This document shows, piece by piece, positions 29,655 to 39,475 of a DNA stretch of 64,000 nucleotides. The position numbers and the translations under genes are program-made. A model generated the notes under the pieces. It saw only the letters and a program-made list of their open reading frames with translations, was not told the origin of the DNA and did no database searches. How positions within the stretch are numbered: position 1 is the first letter of the stretch; each line of letters starts with the position of its first letter. Origin of the DNA: Phycisphaerae bacterium (lineage in GTDB: Bacteria > Planctomycetota > Phycisphaerae > UBA1845); assembly GCA_963666835.2 (NCBI GenBank), contig CAXXGO010000003.1:1-64000 (forward strand), given 5' to 3'.

Positions 29655-32600
29655 CTACGTCCACGATGCGGATTCCGAAGCCTTCGGACGTCCGAGAACC
29701 CAAGTCAAGAAACGGGTCAAAGCGCTCTTCATGTCCCTGACGATCATATACAACGCCGGGACCGCCAACAAAGTCAACACGGTGGCAAAGATCAACCCGG
29801 CTGATACGGAGATTCCCATGGGGACGAGGAATTTGGCCTGGAAGGACCTCTCCAAGACTAGCGGAGCCAGGCCAAGTACGGTGGTTGCCGACGTCAGCAA
29901 AATCGGCCGGAGCCGGTCTCGCCCGGCCTCGATCACCGCTTCAAACATTGGCACCCCCGAGGCTATCCGCCGGTTTGCGAATGCTACCAGAATCATTGAG
30001 TCATTCACGATAATACCGGTCAACGCTACCGCGCCGAACATCGACATGATCGTTAGCGGGTAACCCATAACGTAATGGCCGGCCACTACCCCGATAAGAC
30101 CGAAGGGGATTACGGACATCACGATGATCGGCTGGACGTAGCTACGGAACAGACCGGCCAAGACGACGTAGATCAACCCCAGCGCGATCGGGAAGGTCCG
30201 CTCGAGCGACTCAAAGGACTTCTTGGTCTCGAGCTTCTGCCCCCCGAAGGTCAATTCGATTCCCGGATACTCTCGCTGCAGTTGAGGGAAATCGTTCGAC
30301 AGCTCGGCCATGACCAACTCCGCGGTGGTGTTGGTGCCCTCCGAATCTACGTCGGCGGTTACCGTTATCGTACGGCGTTGGTTCTTCCGGGAGATGGTAG
30401 CGTAACCGGTGCCCTCCTTGAGTCGTGCCACCTCGGTGAACGGGACGAGACATCCCGTCGGGGTCGCCACGCGCATCGACTCGATGTCGTAGATCCGCCG
30501 GCGATATTCCGCCGGATAGCGGACCATGATCTTCACGTCCTCCCGCCCGCGTTGCACCTTGCGGGCCTCGAATCCGTAGAAAGCCGAGCGCACCTGGGTC
30601 GCCAGGGACTTAGTAGTCAGACCGAGAGCCCGGGCGGATTCCAACAATTCGATTTGAACCTCAGGTTGGCCGGAGTCGAAGTTGTCTACAATGTCCTCTA
30701 CCCCGTCGAAGGACGCGAGTTTCTTACGGATGAGGGCGGAGATGGCAACGAGATCCTCAATGCGTTCACCGCTGATCTCCAGTTGAAGTTCGGCTCCGCC
30801 GGGCCCGCCCTGCGCGGCGGTGAACTTGAACTCCTCCACTCCGGGGATGTCGCTGGTCATCCGGCGCAGCTCTTGGACAATCTCGTCGCTGCTGCGCTCC
30901 CGATCTTCAGCGGCGGTCAGTTCCAAGAATAGCTGTGCGGTGTGAGCCTGCCGGGCCGAGATGATGCCCTCTTCGTCAACCTGCATGCCGATCAGCGTGA
31001 ACAAAGACTGCGTCTCGGGAAGGCTCAGGGCGGCCTCCTCCGCGACCCTGGCTGCCTCACGCGTGGCACTGATCGGCGCCCCGATGCTCATCTTCAACTT
31101 GGCAAAGACGGTCTCGGAGTCCATTCTCTGGATGAAGATGAACGGGACGTGCCCGCCCTTGTACGCCCCGACGGCGACAAGCAATACTGCCGTCAAAACC
31201 GCCATTGTCACGTAGCGGTAGGAGGTGGCCGTGCGGAGCAGTCTCTCGTAGAAGGCGCGCAAGCGGCTCTGCACGTAGTGCTGTTGCGCCTGACGCAAAC
31301 GCCCCAGCCAAACCTGCAGCAGGCCGGTGCGGGCTGTCGTAGAGTGGTCCTCGCGCGCCACCGGGCGCACTCCATGAGCAAGGTGAGAGGGCAGAATGGT
31401 CAGAGCTTCGAGCAGCGAGGCCGATAACGCCACGCACGCGATCAGCGGGAGTACGCCCAGCCAATCGCCCAACTGACCTTCGATAGCCGCCAGCGGCACG
31501 AATGCGATGATGGTGGTGACAATCGCGCACACTACGGGCCAGGTCACTTCCTCAGTCCCTAAAACGGCGGCACGTTTCGGCTCGGTCCCTTGTTCGATTT
31601 TCGTATAGACATGCTCCGACACGATGATGGCATCGTCAACGAGCAGGCCCAGGATCATAATCAACCCGAACATCGTTATCAGGTTCAAGGTCATCCCGGT
31701 GAGTTTCATGCAGATCAACGCGCCCATGATGGCCAGCACGAGCCCCATCATCACCCACAACGCGACCCGCCAGTGAAGGAACACCAGCAGCGAGAGGAAC
31801 ACCAACGCCAGGCCCCACACTCCATTACGCTTCAGAAGATCCAATCGCTGTTCTATGAAGCGGGACAACTCGCGATGGACTTTGAGCTTGACGCCGGGAG
31901 GGAAAGGGTCGGTCCGGGCCTGGTCGTATATCTCCTGGATTCGATCTCCCCCGGACAGCTTTCCCGAGAGTTGGTCCAAACGGCTCCGCCGAAGCGGCTC
32001 TTGCTTCTTGCCGGCGACCATCGCCCGGACCTGTTCCGCTATGGCGATAGCGTCCTGATCGGCCGTCTTCGATACGATTACACTGACCGCGGGTGAAGCC
32101 TGGAATCGACCGATGATGTCGACGTCCTCAAACCCGTCAATGACTGTGGCCACGTCCCGCAAACGCACCGTTCGTCCGGTGGGATCGCTCCGGATCGAGA
32201 TATCATAAAGGTCTTCTCCGCGATCCTCCTCGCCGAGCGTTCGAACCGCGACGTTGGCCCGCGCGGTCCGGATCTGACCGCCGGGAAGGTCCAGATTGCT
32301 GACCGCAATCGCTTCGGCTACCTGCATGAAGGAAAGACCATATTCGGCCAGCTTCTCCGGACGGACCTCAACACTGATCTCGTCCTTACGCGTACCGCTC
32401 AGGAAGACATCGGTAACGTCCGGAAGAGCCAAGACGTCGTCACGCAGTCGTTCGCCCAGTTCCTTCAGCGTGCGGTCATCCAGGTCGCCGTACAAGGACA
32501 CCGTGGTGACCGGCAACGTCGGATCCAACTTCGCCACCCGCGTCTCCAGCGCGTCTTCAGGGAAGTCCTCTCGGGGGATTGCGTCGATGGCGGCCTTGAT

Positions 32601-32927
32601 ATCGGTGACGGCCTGGTCAATCGCGTCGAAACCGCTCCGCATCTCCGCCACGATCGTACTAATGCCCTCGCTGATGATCGACGTCGTTTCCTCGACTCCG
32701 TCAACATCCTTGATCTGCTCTTCGATCTTCAGGGTGATACCCTTCTCGACCTCGGCCGGAGCTGCACCGGGATATACGGTTGTGATGAGCACGCGGTTAG
32801 GCCGCGACTCCGGGAAGAACTCCCGCACCAGCGTCAAACCGGAAAAGACACCGCCGCCGATGATCGTCAACATGAACAGGTTGACGAGCACGGGGTTGTT
32901 TACGCTGAAACGCGGCAACGACGTCAT
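29655..32927 (-). CDS. RND efflux permease (AcrB/AcrD/AcrF family)
   Basis: 1090 aa; GLLVDDAIIVSE and RLRPILLTSATT motifs; duplicated periplasmic/TM halves. Confidence 0.95.
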   Translation of the reverse strand: MTSLPRFSVNNPVLVNLFMLTIIGGGVFSGLTLVREFFPESRPNRVLITTVYPGAAPAEVEKGITLKIEEQIKDVDGVEETTSIISEGISTIVAEMRSGFDAIDQAVTDIKAAIDAIPREDFPEDALETRVAKLDPTLPVTTVSLYGDLDDRTLKELGERLRDDVLALPDVTDVFLSGTRKDEISVEVRPEKLAEYGLSFMQVAEAIAVSNLDLPGGQIRTARANVAVRTLGEEDRGEDLYDISIRSDPTGRTVRLRDVATVIDGFEDVDIIGRFQASPAVSVIVSKTADQDAIAIAEQVRAMVAGKKQEPLRRSRLDQLSGKLSGGDRIQEIYDQARTDPFPPGVKLKVHRELSRFIEQRLDLLKRNGVWGLALVFLSLLVFLHWRVALWVMMGLVLAIMGALICMKLTGMTLNLITMFGLIMILGLLVDDAIIVSEHVYTKIEQGTEPKRAAVLGTEEVTWPVVCAIVTTIIAFVPLAAIEGQLGDWLGVLPLIACVALSASLLEALTILPSHLAHGVRPVAREDHSTTARTGLLQVWLGRLRQAQQHYVQSRLRAFYERLLRTATSYRYVTMAVLTAVLLVAVGAYKGGHVPFIFIQRMDSETVFAKLKMSIGAPISATREAARVAEEAALSLPETQSLFTLIGMQVDEEGIISARQAHTAQLFLELTAAEDRERSSDEIVQELRRMTSDIPGVEEFKFTAAQGGPGGAELQLEISGERIEDLVAISALIRKKLASFDGVEDIVDNFDSGQPEVQIELLESARALGLTTKSLATQVRSAFYGFEARKVQRGREDVKIMVRYPAEYRRRIYDIESMRVATPTGCLVPFTEVARLKEGTGYATISRKNQRRTITVTADVDSEGTNTTAELVMAELSNDFPQLQREYPGIELTFGGQKLETKKSFESLERTFPIALGLIYVVLAGLFRSYVQPIIVMSVIPFGLIGVVAGHYVMGYPLTIMSMFGAVALTGIIVNDSMILVAFANRRIASGVPMFEAVIEAGRDRLRPILLTSATTVLGLAPLVLERSFQAKFLVPMGISVSAGLIFATVLTLLAVPALYMIVRDMKSALTRFLTWVLGRPKASESASWT

Positions 32928-34219
32928 GGCGTTTCATCCGTGTCGGCGCCGTTTTCGTCATGCTCCGCTGGGCGATCCGTTCTGATGCGTATGCGGGAGC
33001 CCGCGGCCAGGCGATCCAGATGGGAAAGGATCAAGCGGTCGCCGTCGTGGAGGTTTCCACTTACCAGGGCGCGGTCTCCGATGAACCGCTCCACGACAAC
33101 CGGGCGAACGGCCGCGACTTCCCCCTCCACCAGCAATACCCGCCCGGAACGAATCGAGTCGCGCGGGACTGTGATGCGGTTTCGGTGAATGGGCCCCTGG
33201 ACTTCCGCGCGGACGAACGCCCCAGGTACCAGCGGGACGGTCTGCGCTGCGTTGTCTACCTCTACGAAGGCCGCGAACGTCCGAGCTTGCTCATCGACCG
33301 AGGCAGCGGTTCGGGCTACCACACCTTGCCATTGAATGCCCTGCATGCTCTCGCAGGCGAGACGGACCGGTGCCCCAAGCTTCACGCGATCGTGAACTGC
33401 GGCCGGCAATTGGACGGCGATCTCGACTTGCCGAGCATCGAGCAGGGTCACCAGGACCACGCCCGGGGCTACATGATCCCCGACGTCGACTCGCAGCTCG
33501 TCTATCTTCCCCCCGATTGGTGCAACGATCTCGCACCGCCGGACGTTCAATTCCGCCAATCTCGCCTCCGCCTCTCGGCTACGCTGAGACGCCGCATACC
33601 GCGCCTGTCGAGGCACGTTCTTGGCGATTTCCATCTCGTAGCCCTGCAGGACCCGGCGGGCCTGCTGGTACGCGAGATTGGCGAAGTCACATTCCTTCTT
33701 CGCGGCCATGCCGTTTTCGAATAGACGGGAAAGCCGGTCGCGCTCGTCGTCGGCAACGCGGACCTCCTTGTCTGCCGTAGCGATGAGAACCTGGAGAGTC
33801 TGAGCTTCGGCCGCAAGCTCTTCGCATGCCGCCTGATCCGCCAACGCGAGGGCCTTCGCTCTATCGAGGGCATGGCGGTACTCGCGGTCGTCAAGGCGAA
33901 TCAACGGCTGTCCGGCTTCAACAACCGAGCCGGCTTCGATCCCGCCGACGAGCTCTATGACCTTTGCGGATACCTCCGCCGCTACGTTGGCGGTACGGTC
34001 CGGCCGCGCCGTGCCGTAACCGGCAAACCGTTCGGTGACGTCCCGGGCTCGCAGTACCTTGCTTTCGACCAACGGTGCCGGTGTCGGCGATTCGCGCCGG
34101 GGTGGTTCCGTGCGCAACTCGTACAGGCCGTACGCAATCGCCCCACCAACCGACAGGGCGGCAGCGATCAACAAGAGCGAGCGTAAGAGTCGGGGGCTTC
34201 CCGGAGGCGTATCCGTCAT
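32924..34219 (-). CDS. RND periplasmic adaptor (membrane fusion protein)
   Basis: N-terminal TM anchor, lipoyl half-motifs (VAAEVSAKV / IVAPIGGKI) flanking a long coiled coil; overlaps the permease start. Confidence 0.92.
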   Translation of the reverse strand: MTDTPPGSPRLLRSLLLIAAALSVGGAIAYGLYELRTEPPRRESPTPAPLVESKVLRARDVTERFAGYGTARPDRTANVAAEVSAKVIELVGGIEAGSVVEAGQPLIRLDDREYRHALDRAKALALADQAACEELAAEAQTLQVLIATADKEVRVADDERDRLSRLFENGMAAKKECDFANLAYQQARRVLQGYEMEIAKNVPRQARYAASQRSREAEARLAELNVRRCEIVAPIGGKIDELRVDVGDHVAPGVVLVTLLDARQVEIAVQLPAAVHDRVKLGAPVRLACESMQGIQWQGVVARTAASVDEQARTFAAFVEVDNAAQTVPLVPGAFVRAEVQGPIHRNRITVPRDSIRSGRVLLVEGEVAAVRPVVVERFIGDRALVSGNLHDGDRLILSHLDRLAAGSRIRIRTDRPAEHDENGADTDETP

Positions 34220-34471
34220 TTCTCAGAACAACCCCGACGCGGCTACTCCAACTGCAAAATGCCCGCAATCTCGAAAAAGCGACATCCGGTTTCCGTCGGG
34301 CGGTACAGCCCTGTTACGCTTTGTTCGTACGTGGCCTGCCGCGCGCCGACCACCGCTTGTATCCACCGGTCCTTCCGGGCGAATCACGCATTCTACATGT
34401 TGTCGCCGATCATGCCCAACGATGATGCGGAAAGGGCAGCGGCTGGAATGTCGGGCGAAATCGACCGCCCT

Positions 34472-34502
34472 AAAAAAGCGGCCCGGTGGGGTGGACCGGG
34501 CC
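34472..34502 (-). terminator. Intrinsic terminator on the minus strand, possibly the 3' end of a small RNA
   Basis: Minus strand GGCCCGGT-CCACCCC-ACCGGGCC-GC-TTTTTT. Confidence 0.65.
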
Positions 34503-35025
34503 TTGGGGAACCGTCCAATGGGGGATTGGACGGCGAGTGAATCTAGTTAAACGGAACAACTTGGCTCTGTGCCGAGATCCGCACGGCCAATACCATTCCA
34601 TGCCAAGATTCTAACGGAAAGCAATCCGCCGATAAAGGCCCTTCGCGTACTTTTCTTCACGAAACTGCCTATTCCCCACGCCACTTCAGACAGAATGTCT
34701 CTGATGGTGTAAAAAAGCCAGTCACAAAGGCCGCCTGTGCCGATGGTGCGATTAGCCTCCACCAATGGGCGGTGTCCGCTGCTCATAACAGCACCGCGTG
34801 ATCGCCTCGTCCGGTGACGTGTCAGGGGCAATGACCTGCTTGTTCAGTGTTCGCTCCTTGCTTGGTCTAGCGGGCTCGGTAGTCCGGCACCGGGCGGGCG
34901 ATAGTGCGAACGTGTTGTTCACGCGCGACGTTGCGATACCCGGTGCGCGTTGGTTGCTCCCAAGGTGATGAACAGTTGTTATATCCGCCTTGCACCTTAG
35001 CCCGCCTACGTCGAGCGTCGCCGAT

Positions 35026-35053
35026 TTGACACGCGATTCGCGTTTCCTATACT
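35026..35053 (+). promoter_or_regulatory. Sigma70-type promoter of lptD
   Basis: TTGACA-N16-TATACT about 90 nt upstream of the ATG at 35142. Confidence 0.6.
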
Positions 35054-35141
35054 GCTGCGCCGGTTGTGACGGGTCGTTATAGAGGCGCGGAACCTTCGGG
35101 CTTCGTCACAACGAGTACTCATCCCATGGGCCCTTTTCAAT

Positions 35142-38093
35142 ATGGCTCTAATGAGAAGGATCAGTTGGGGCGTCTGGGTATGCGTTCTCTGCGCGACAGC
35201 GTACGGGCAGCGCCCTGTTCCACTCGCGGACGATGTTGGCGAGCCGCTCCTCCCTTACGGTATCTCGGAGCAGGAGGTAGCTCTAAGTGGGCAGTTAGCC
35301 TATTTCTTCGAGGACGAAGATGGGACGGACGTCGTTCATGTGATTGGCGATGCCCACTTGACGCTCGGAGAGCCGCAAGGTCAGCAACTCCGTGGTCGCG
35401 AGGCGGTCGTCTGGATCGCGCAGCGCGAGTTCGAGGATCGTACGTACCATCACCTGGAAGTCCTGTTGTGGCAGGACGCGGAAGTATCCGAAGTCGGCCA
35501 CACGATTACGAGCGGCCCCGCTCTGTTCGTAACGCTCAACAGTTACAGCGGCATTACGACGAACGTAGACGACGTAGCGCTGCGATCCTCTGCGGATACC
35601 CAAGTTTACCAGCGCGGTCGGGACGTTCGTTCGGCGTATGCGGCGGGCACGTTGCACGTCCCGGACGAGAACGTGTCCCTGCGCGTGTATCAGGCGACCG
35701 GTCTGGGCGCCGAACGTAAGCAGGTCAAGCAGCGCCCCCCGATTCTCATGCAGTTTCCCGGGGAGTTCACGACGTTGGAAGTCGACGGCCGGTCGGTAAT
35801 AACGGTTGCCGGCGGGGCGTATCTGTCCCGTGGGGATTCCGGCTCCGGTGATTTCCTCGAGATTCGGGCCGATGCGGTTGTTGTCTTCCTTCCCAGGTCG
35901 ATCTCCGGCGGGGAGGTCGACGAGGCGCAGGATGCGGGACTCGGCGCGGGAGAGAGAGGGTCCGACGAATGGGCACGATCGACGCGCCGGCGGACCGATC
36001 GCAAAGAGGCGGACCGGCAGTTGCTCTCGACCGGTCTGGGCGATGATGTCGAGGTGGAGGCCGTGTACGTCGAGGGTGACGTGATCATGTCGCAGGGGGC
36101 GAACATGATCAGGGCCTCGAGAATCTACTATGATTTCGTTCGGGAGAAGGCTCTGATTCTCGACGCTGTAGTTCGGGCGACGCTTCTGGAGCGGAATGTT
36201 CCGATTTACGTGCGGGCCGAGGAGGTCCGGCAGCTTTCGGCAAACAGGTTTGTAGCTAGCCAGGCCTGGCTTACCACCAGCGAGTTCTACACGCCGCACT
36301 ATCACGTGGGAGCTGCTCGAGTGGAACTTACTGATCGAACTCCTCCTACGACGGCCGGGCGGCGCACCGGCATTCGCGCCGGCAGCTTTCGAATTCGCCA
36401 TGCCACTCTGAACGTCTCAGGGCATCCGATTGGGTATTGGCCTTACATCCACGGACGGGTGGACACCAGCGAAACCGCGGTTCGGAGTGTGCGTTCGGGC
36501 TATAGCGATGACTTCGGTGTAGAGATCGAGACGGAGTGGGATTTCCTGAATGTACTCGGGCTCGAGACCCCGGACGGATTCAGTTCGACACTCAGTCTGG
36601 ACTTCTTCTCGGAGCGCGGACCGGCCATCGGCATTGACGCGGATTACGAGCAGGACCGGTACTACGGCTACGTGCGGAGTTATCTGCTCAACGATAATGG
36701 CTCCGATTTCCTCGGGCGTGATCGAGAGAACTTGTCGCGGAAGGACGTTCGGGGGCGTTTCCTATGGCGGCATCGCCAGTATCTGCAGGATGATTGGCAG
36801 ATTTCGTTGGAGTTGTCGGATATTTCGGACCGGGGTTTCCTCGAGGAGTTCTTCGAATCGGAGTTCGACACCGGCAAAGAGCAGGAGACTCTGCTCTATC
36901 TCAAGAAACAGCGGGATAACTGGGCATTCACGACGCAGCTTCAGACGCGGCTGATGGATTTCACCACCACCACCGAGCGGGTGCCGGAGTTTGGTTACGT
37001 TCGGGTCGGAGAGCCGCTTGGTAACGGAGCGACTTGGCATTCCGACAATCGGTTGGGCGTGGTTCGGTATCGCCCGGCAGATCAGATGTTCCGCGAGCTT
37101 CTGCGGGACGGGCGGCACGTAGGTTCGGGTTCAGTTGCCCGCTTGGATAGCCGTCAGGAGATCGGTTGCCCGGTTGATCTGGGGCCGGTGCGGCTGGTGC
37201 CCTTCGTATCCGCTCGTGGCACGGCCTGGGACGACTCGCCTTCGGAGGGGGGATTGGCCCGCGCTCTGGGGGCGGTAGGGGTGCGAAGCAGCATGTACCT
37301 TTCCCGGGATTACCCGGAGGCTCGATCGTCGCTCTTCGATATTGACGGAGTGCGGCACATCGTCAAGCCGGAGTTGGTGGCGTGGGCAAGCGCCGCTAAC
37401 CGCGATGCGGATGACCTGTTTCTGTTCGATGATCGTATCGAGGGTGTGGATGCCACGGATGGGGTGACGTTGGGCGTCCGGCAGCGGTGGCAGACCAAAC
37501 GGGGGCAGGGCGCGACCCGGCGAGTCGTCGACTTCCTCACGCTGGATCTCGAAGTGGGTGTGTTCAACGACTCCGATGGCGAAGCTCTTACGAACGGATA
37601 CACGTCATTCAGCCGTCCCGAAGAGAGCGTCGCCCGCAACTTCGTCAATGGGGCGATGGTCTGGCGCGTGAATGACCGAACGGCACTGCTCAGCGAGGTC
37701 AACTTCGATATGAATGATGGGGCGGTTGACGTGTTCAACCTGTCTCTTGCCGTCGAGCGCTCGCCGCGGTTCAGCTATTTGCTGGGGTATCGCTATATCG
37801 GTGACACCGACTCGAATCTCCTCGGGTTTGACATGAACTACCGCCTGACGGAGAAACACACCCTCGCCTTGCGGGAGGCTTTCGACCTGGAACGCGGGCA
37901 GACCCTTGATTTCACTATCGCCTTCATCCGGAAGTTCCCGCGTTGGTTCAGTGCCGTCAGCTTTGAGCTGGACGAAGCTGAGGACGATTACGGGGTCTCG
38001 TTCAGTCTATGGCCCGAGGGGTTGCCGCGGGCGACGCTCGGCTCGCGCCGCTTCACCGGGCTGGCCAACACGACAAGAATAGAGAACGATTAG
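35142..38093 (+). CDS. lptD: LPS assembly protein LptD-like outer membrane beta-barrel
   Basis: Signal peptide, jellyroll-type VYVEGDV..RASRIYYD..A, SDISDRGFLEEFF, RHIVKPE, and amphipathic beta-strands through the C-terminus. Confidence 0.75.
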   Translation: MALMRRISWGVWVCVLCATAYGQRPVPLADDVGEPLLPYGISEQEVALSGQLAYFFEDEDGTDVVHVIGDAHLTLGEPQGQQLRGREAVVWIAQREFEDRTYHHLEVLLWQDAEVSEVGHTITSGPALFVTLNSYSGITTNVDDVALRSSADTQVYQRGRDVRSAYAAGTLHVPDENVSLRVYQATGLGAERKQVKQRPPILMQFPGEFTTLEVDGRSVITVAGGAYLSRGDSGSGDFLEIRADAVVVFLPRSISGGEVDEAQDAGLGAGERGSDEWARSTRRRTDRKEADRQLLSTGLGDDVEVEAVYVEGDVIMSQGANMIRASRIYYDFVREKALILDAVVRATLLERNVPIYVRAEEVRQLSANRFVASQAWLTTSEFYTPHYHVGAARVELTDRTPPTTAGRRTGIRAGSFRIRHATLNVSGHPIGYWPYIHGRVDTSETAVRSVRSGYSDDFGVEIETEWDFLNVLGLETPDGFSSTLSLDFFSERGPAIGIDADYEQDRYYGYVRSYLLNDNGSDFLGRDRENLSRKDVRGRFLWRHRQYLQDDWQISLELSDISDRGFLEEFFESEFDTGKEQETLLYLKKQRDNWAFTTQLQTRLMDFTTTTERVPEFGYVRVGEPLGNGATWHSDNRLGVVRYRPADQMFRELLRDGRHVGSGSVARLDSRQEIGCPVDLGPVRLVPFVSARGTAWDDSPSEGGLARALGAVGVRSSMYLSRDYPEARSSLFDIDGVRHIVKPELVAWASAANRDADDLFLFDDRIEGVDATDGVTLGVRQRWQTKRGQGATRRVVDFLTLDLEVGVFNDSDGEALTNGYTSFSRPEESVARNFVNGAMVWRVNDRTALLSEVNFDMNDGAVDVFNLSLAVERSPRFSYLLGYRYIGDTDSNLLGFDMNYRLTEKHTLALREAFDLERGQTLDFTIAFIRKFPRWFSAVSFELDEAEDDYGVSFSLWPEGLPRATLGSRRFTGLANTTRIEND

Positions 38094-38136
38094 CCCGGGT
38101 TACTTATGACATTCGCACAAATGCGCATAACCTGCG

Positions 38137-38210
38137 GTAGCGTCATCCCTTGTGGGTGACGCCATTGAAACACGGCGCGCCTCCACGCCCGGGACAAGGC
38201 CTGGCGCTAC
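38137..38210. repeat. Inverted pair of GTAG-REP-like palindromes (REPIN-like)
   Basis: GTAGCGTCATCCCTTGTGGGTGACGC (+) and GTAGCGCCAGGCCTTGTCCCGGGCG (-) between convergent genes. Confidence 0.6.
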
Positions 38211-38371
38211 ACTGGCTTACGGCCTTCTCTTCGCCTGGGTGAATAGTCCGGGCTAAGCGGCTTGGATCCGTTGTTGCAGGGCGAAGCGGTGGCCGGGCCG
38301 GTGGCAGCCCTTGCGCGTCCCTCGTCAATAACCGGTCGGTTTCTGCTTCGGGAAAGACCTGCCGAGAGCCG

Positions 38372-39052
38372 TTACTTCTTCTTGCCGGTCTTCTTGGCGG
38401 CTTTCTTCTTGACGGTCTTCTTCTTGGCTGTCTTCTTCTTAGCGGTCTTCTTCTTAGCGGTTTTGTTCTCGGCTGCCTCAGTCGACTTGGCTGCGGCCTT
38501 CTTCTTGGGTGCTTCAGCCTGCTTGGCCGCGGTTCCCTTCTTGGTTGCCTCCGCCGGTGTGGCTTTGGTCTTCTTTGCGGTTGTCTTGCTTGTAGTCTTG
38601 GCCGTCTTCGTGTTGTCTTCCGCGGTTTGCTTCGGTTTGGCAGTCGCAGTCTCGCTGGTCTTGAGCTTCGGAGCTGCGAGCTTGCGCTTCTTCGCAGGTT
38701 TGGGTTGGACTACCTTGAAATCGGCTTCGACCACGCGGAGATTCGAGTAGTATCCGTCCTTGCGCAGACGGGCGAGCTGGGCTTCACTATCGGCCGGCTC
38801 AATCGACTTGAAAAGTGTGAGCACGGTGTCGCCGGACGTGCCAATCACCTTCCACGCGAAAGGCACGACCTCTTTGGTGCCGAGCGGCCTCTTCGCTGGG
38901 ATTGCCGGGGCTACGGGCAACGCATCGCCATCCGCGGCGTCTGCTTCTGCGTCCGTTGTCAAATCAGGTTTCGCCAAACTTGCATCTTCAGGTTCGCCGG
39001 TCTTGATGGTATCTGAGTTCATCGTTTCTTTGGCTTCTGCCACGTTTCGCAT
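38372..39052 (-). CDS. Protein with small unknown globular domain and histone-H1-like Lys/Ala/Thr-rich tail
   Basis: C-terminal KTAKKKTAKKKTAKKKTVKKKAAKKTGKKK; compact domain VVPFAWKVIG...GYYSNLRVV. Start may be 39022. Confidence 0.8.
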   Translation of the reverse strand: MRNVAEAKETMNSDTIKTGEPEDASLAKPDLTTDAEADAADGDALPVAPAIPAKRPLGTKEVVPFAWKVIGTSGDTVLTLFKSIEPADSEAQLARLRKDGYYSNLRVVEADFKVVQPKPAKKRKLAAPKLKTSETATAKPKQTAEDNTKTAKTTSKTTAKKTKATPAEATKKGTAAKQAEAPKKKAAAKSTEAAENKTAKKKTAKKKTAKKKTVKKKAAKKTGKKK

Positions 39053-39269
39053 TCTTGCCTGAGGGACTTCCGGCAGGGCTCGCTACCGTCCACAACTGTC
39101 GCCAGAGCCCATGCTGAGATGCACGGGCTCCGTCTTTCCTAACGTACACCTTATCCGCGTTCGCGACAAAAGGCCAGCCCCTGGACGGGTAGACCTGACG
39201 CGGACCGATAGTATAATCGCTTTCGCGGTGACGGCGAGCCTGGGCGGTTGGCCTCTCCGATGCGTAGTG

Positions 39270-39343
39270 GCGCCCGTAGCTCAATTGGATAGAGTGGCTG
39301 GCTTCGAACCAGTAGGTTGGAGGTTCGAGTCCTCCCGGGCGCA
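39270..39343 (+). tRNA. tRNA-Arg (anticodon UCG), CCA not encoded
   Basis: Acceptor stem GCGCCCG/CGGGCGC, D-arm AGCTCAATTGGATAGAG, anticodon loop CT-TCG-AA, T-loop GTTCGAGT; upstream TAGACC-N16-TATAAT. Confidence 0.95.
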
Positions 39344-39475
39344 GTGTTCACAACCTTCCACAGCTCCGTGCCCATCGTGGGCAAGCGTGTTTCAGTGGCC
39401 GCGCGTCACTCCGGGAAGGCGAGTTTGCCCAGGCCGCCGCGCCGAATTGCGAAACAGCCGTAGAGCCGCCGTCGG

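Noticed and set aside
38262..38750. Very hydrophobic plus-strand ORF (FFLAVFFLAV repeats) resembling a membrane protein
   Set aside because: It is the reverse complement of the Lys-rich AAG repeats of the histone-like gene.
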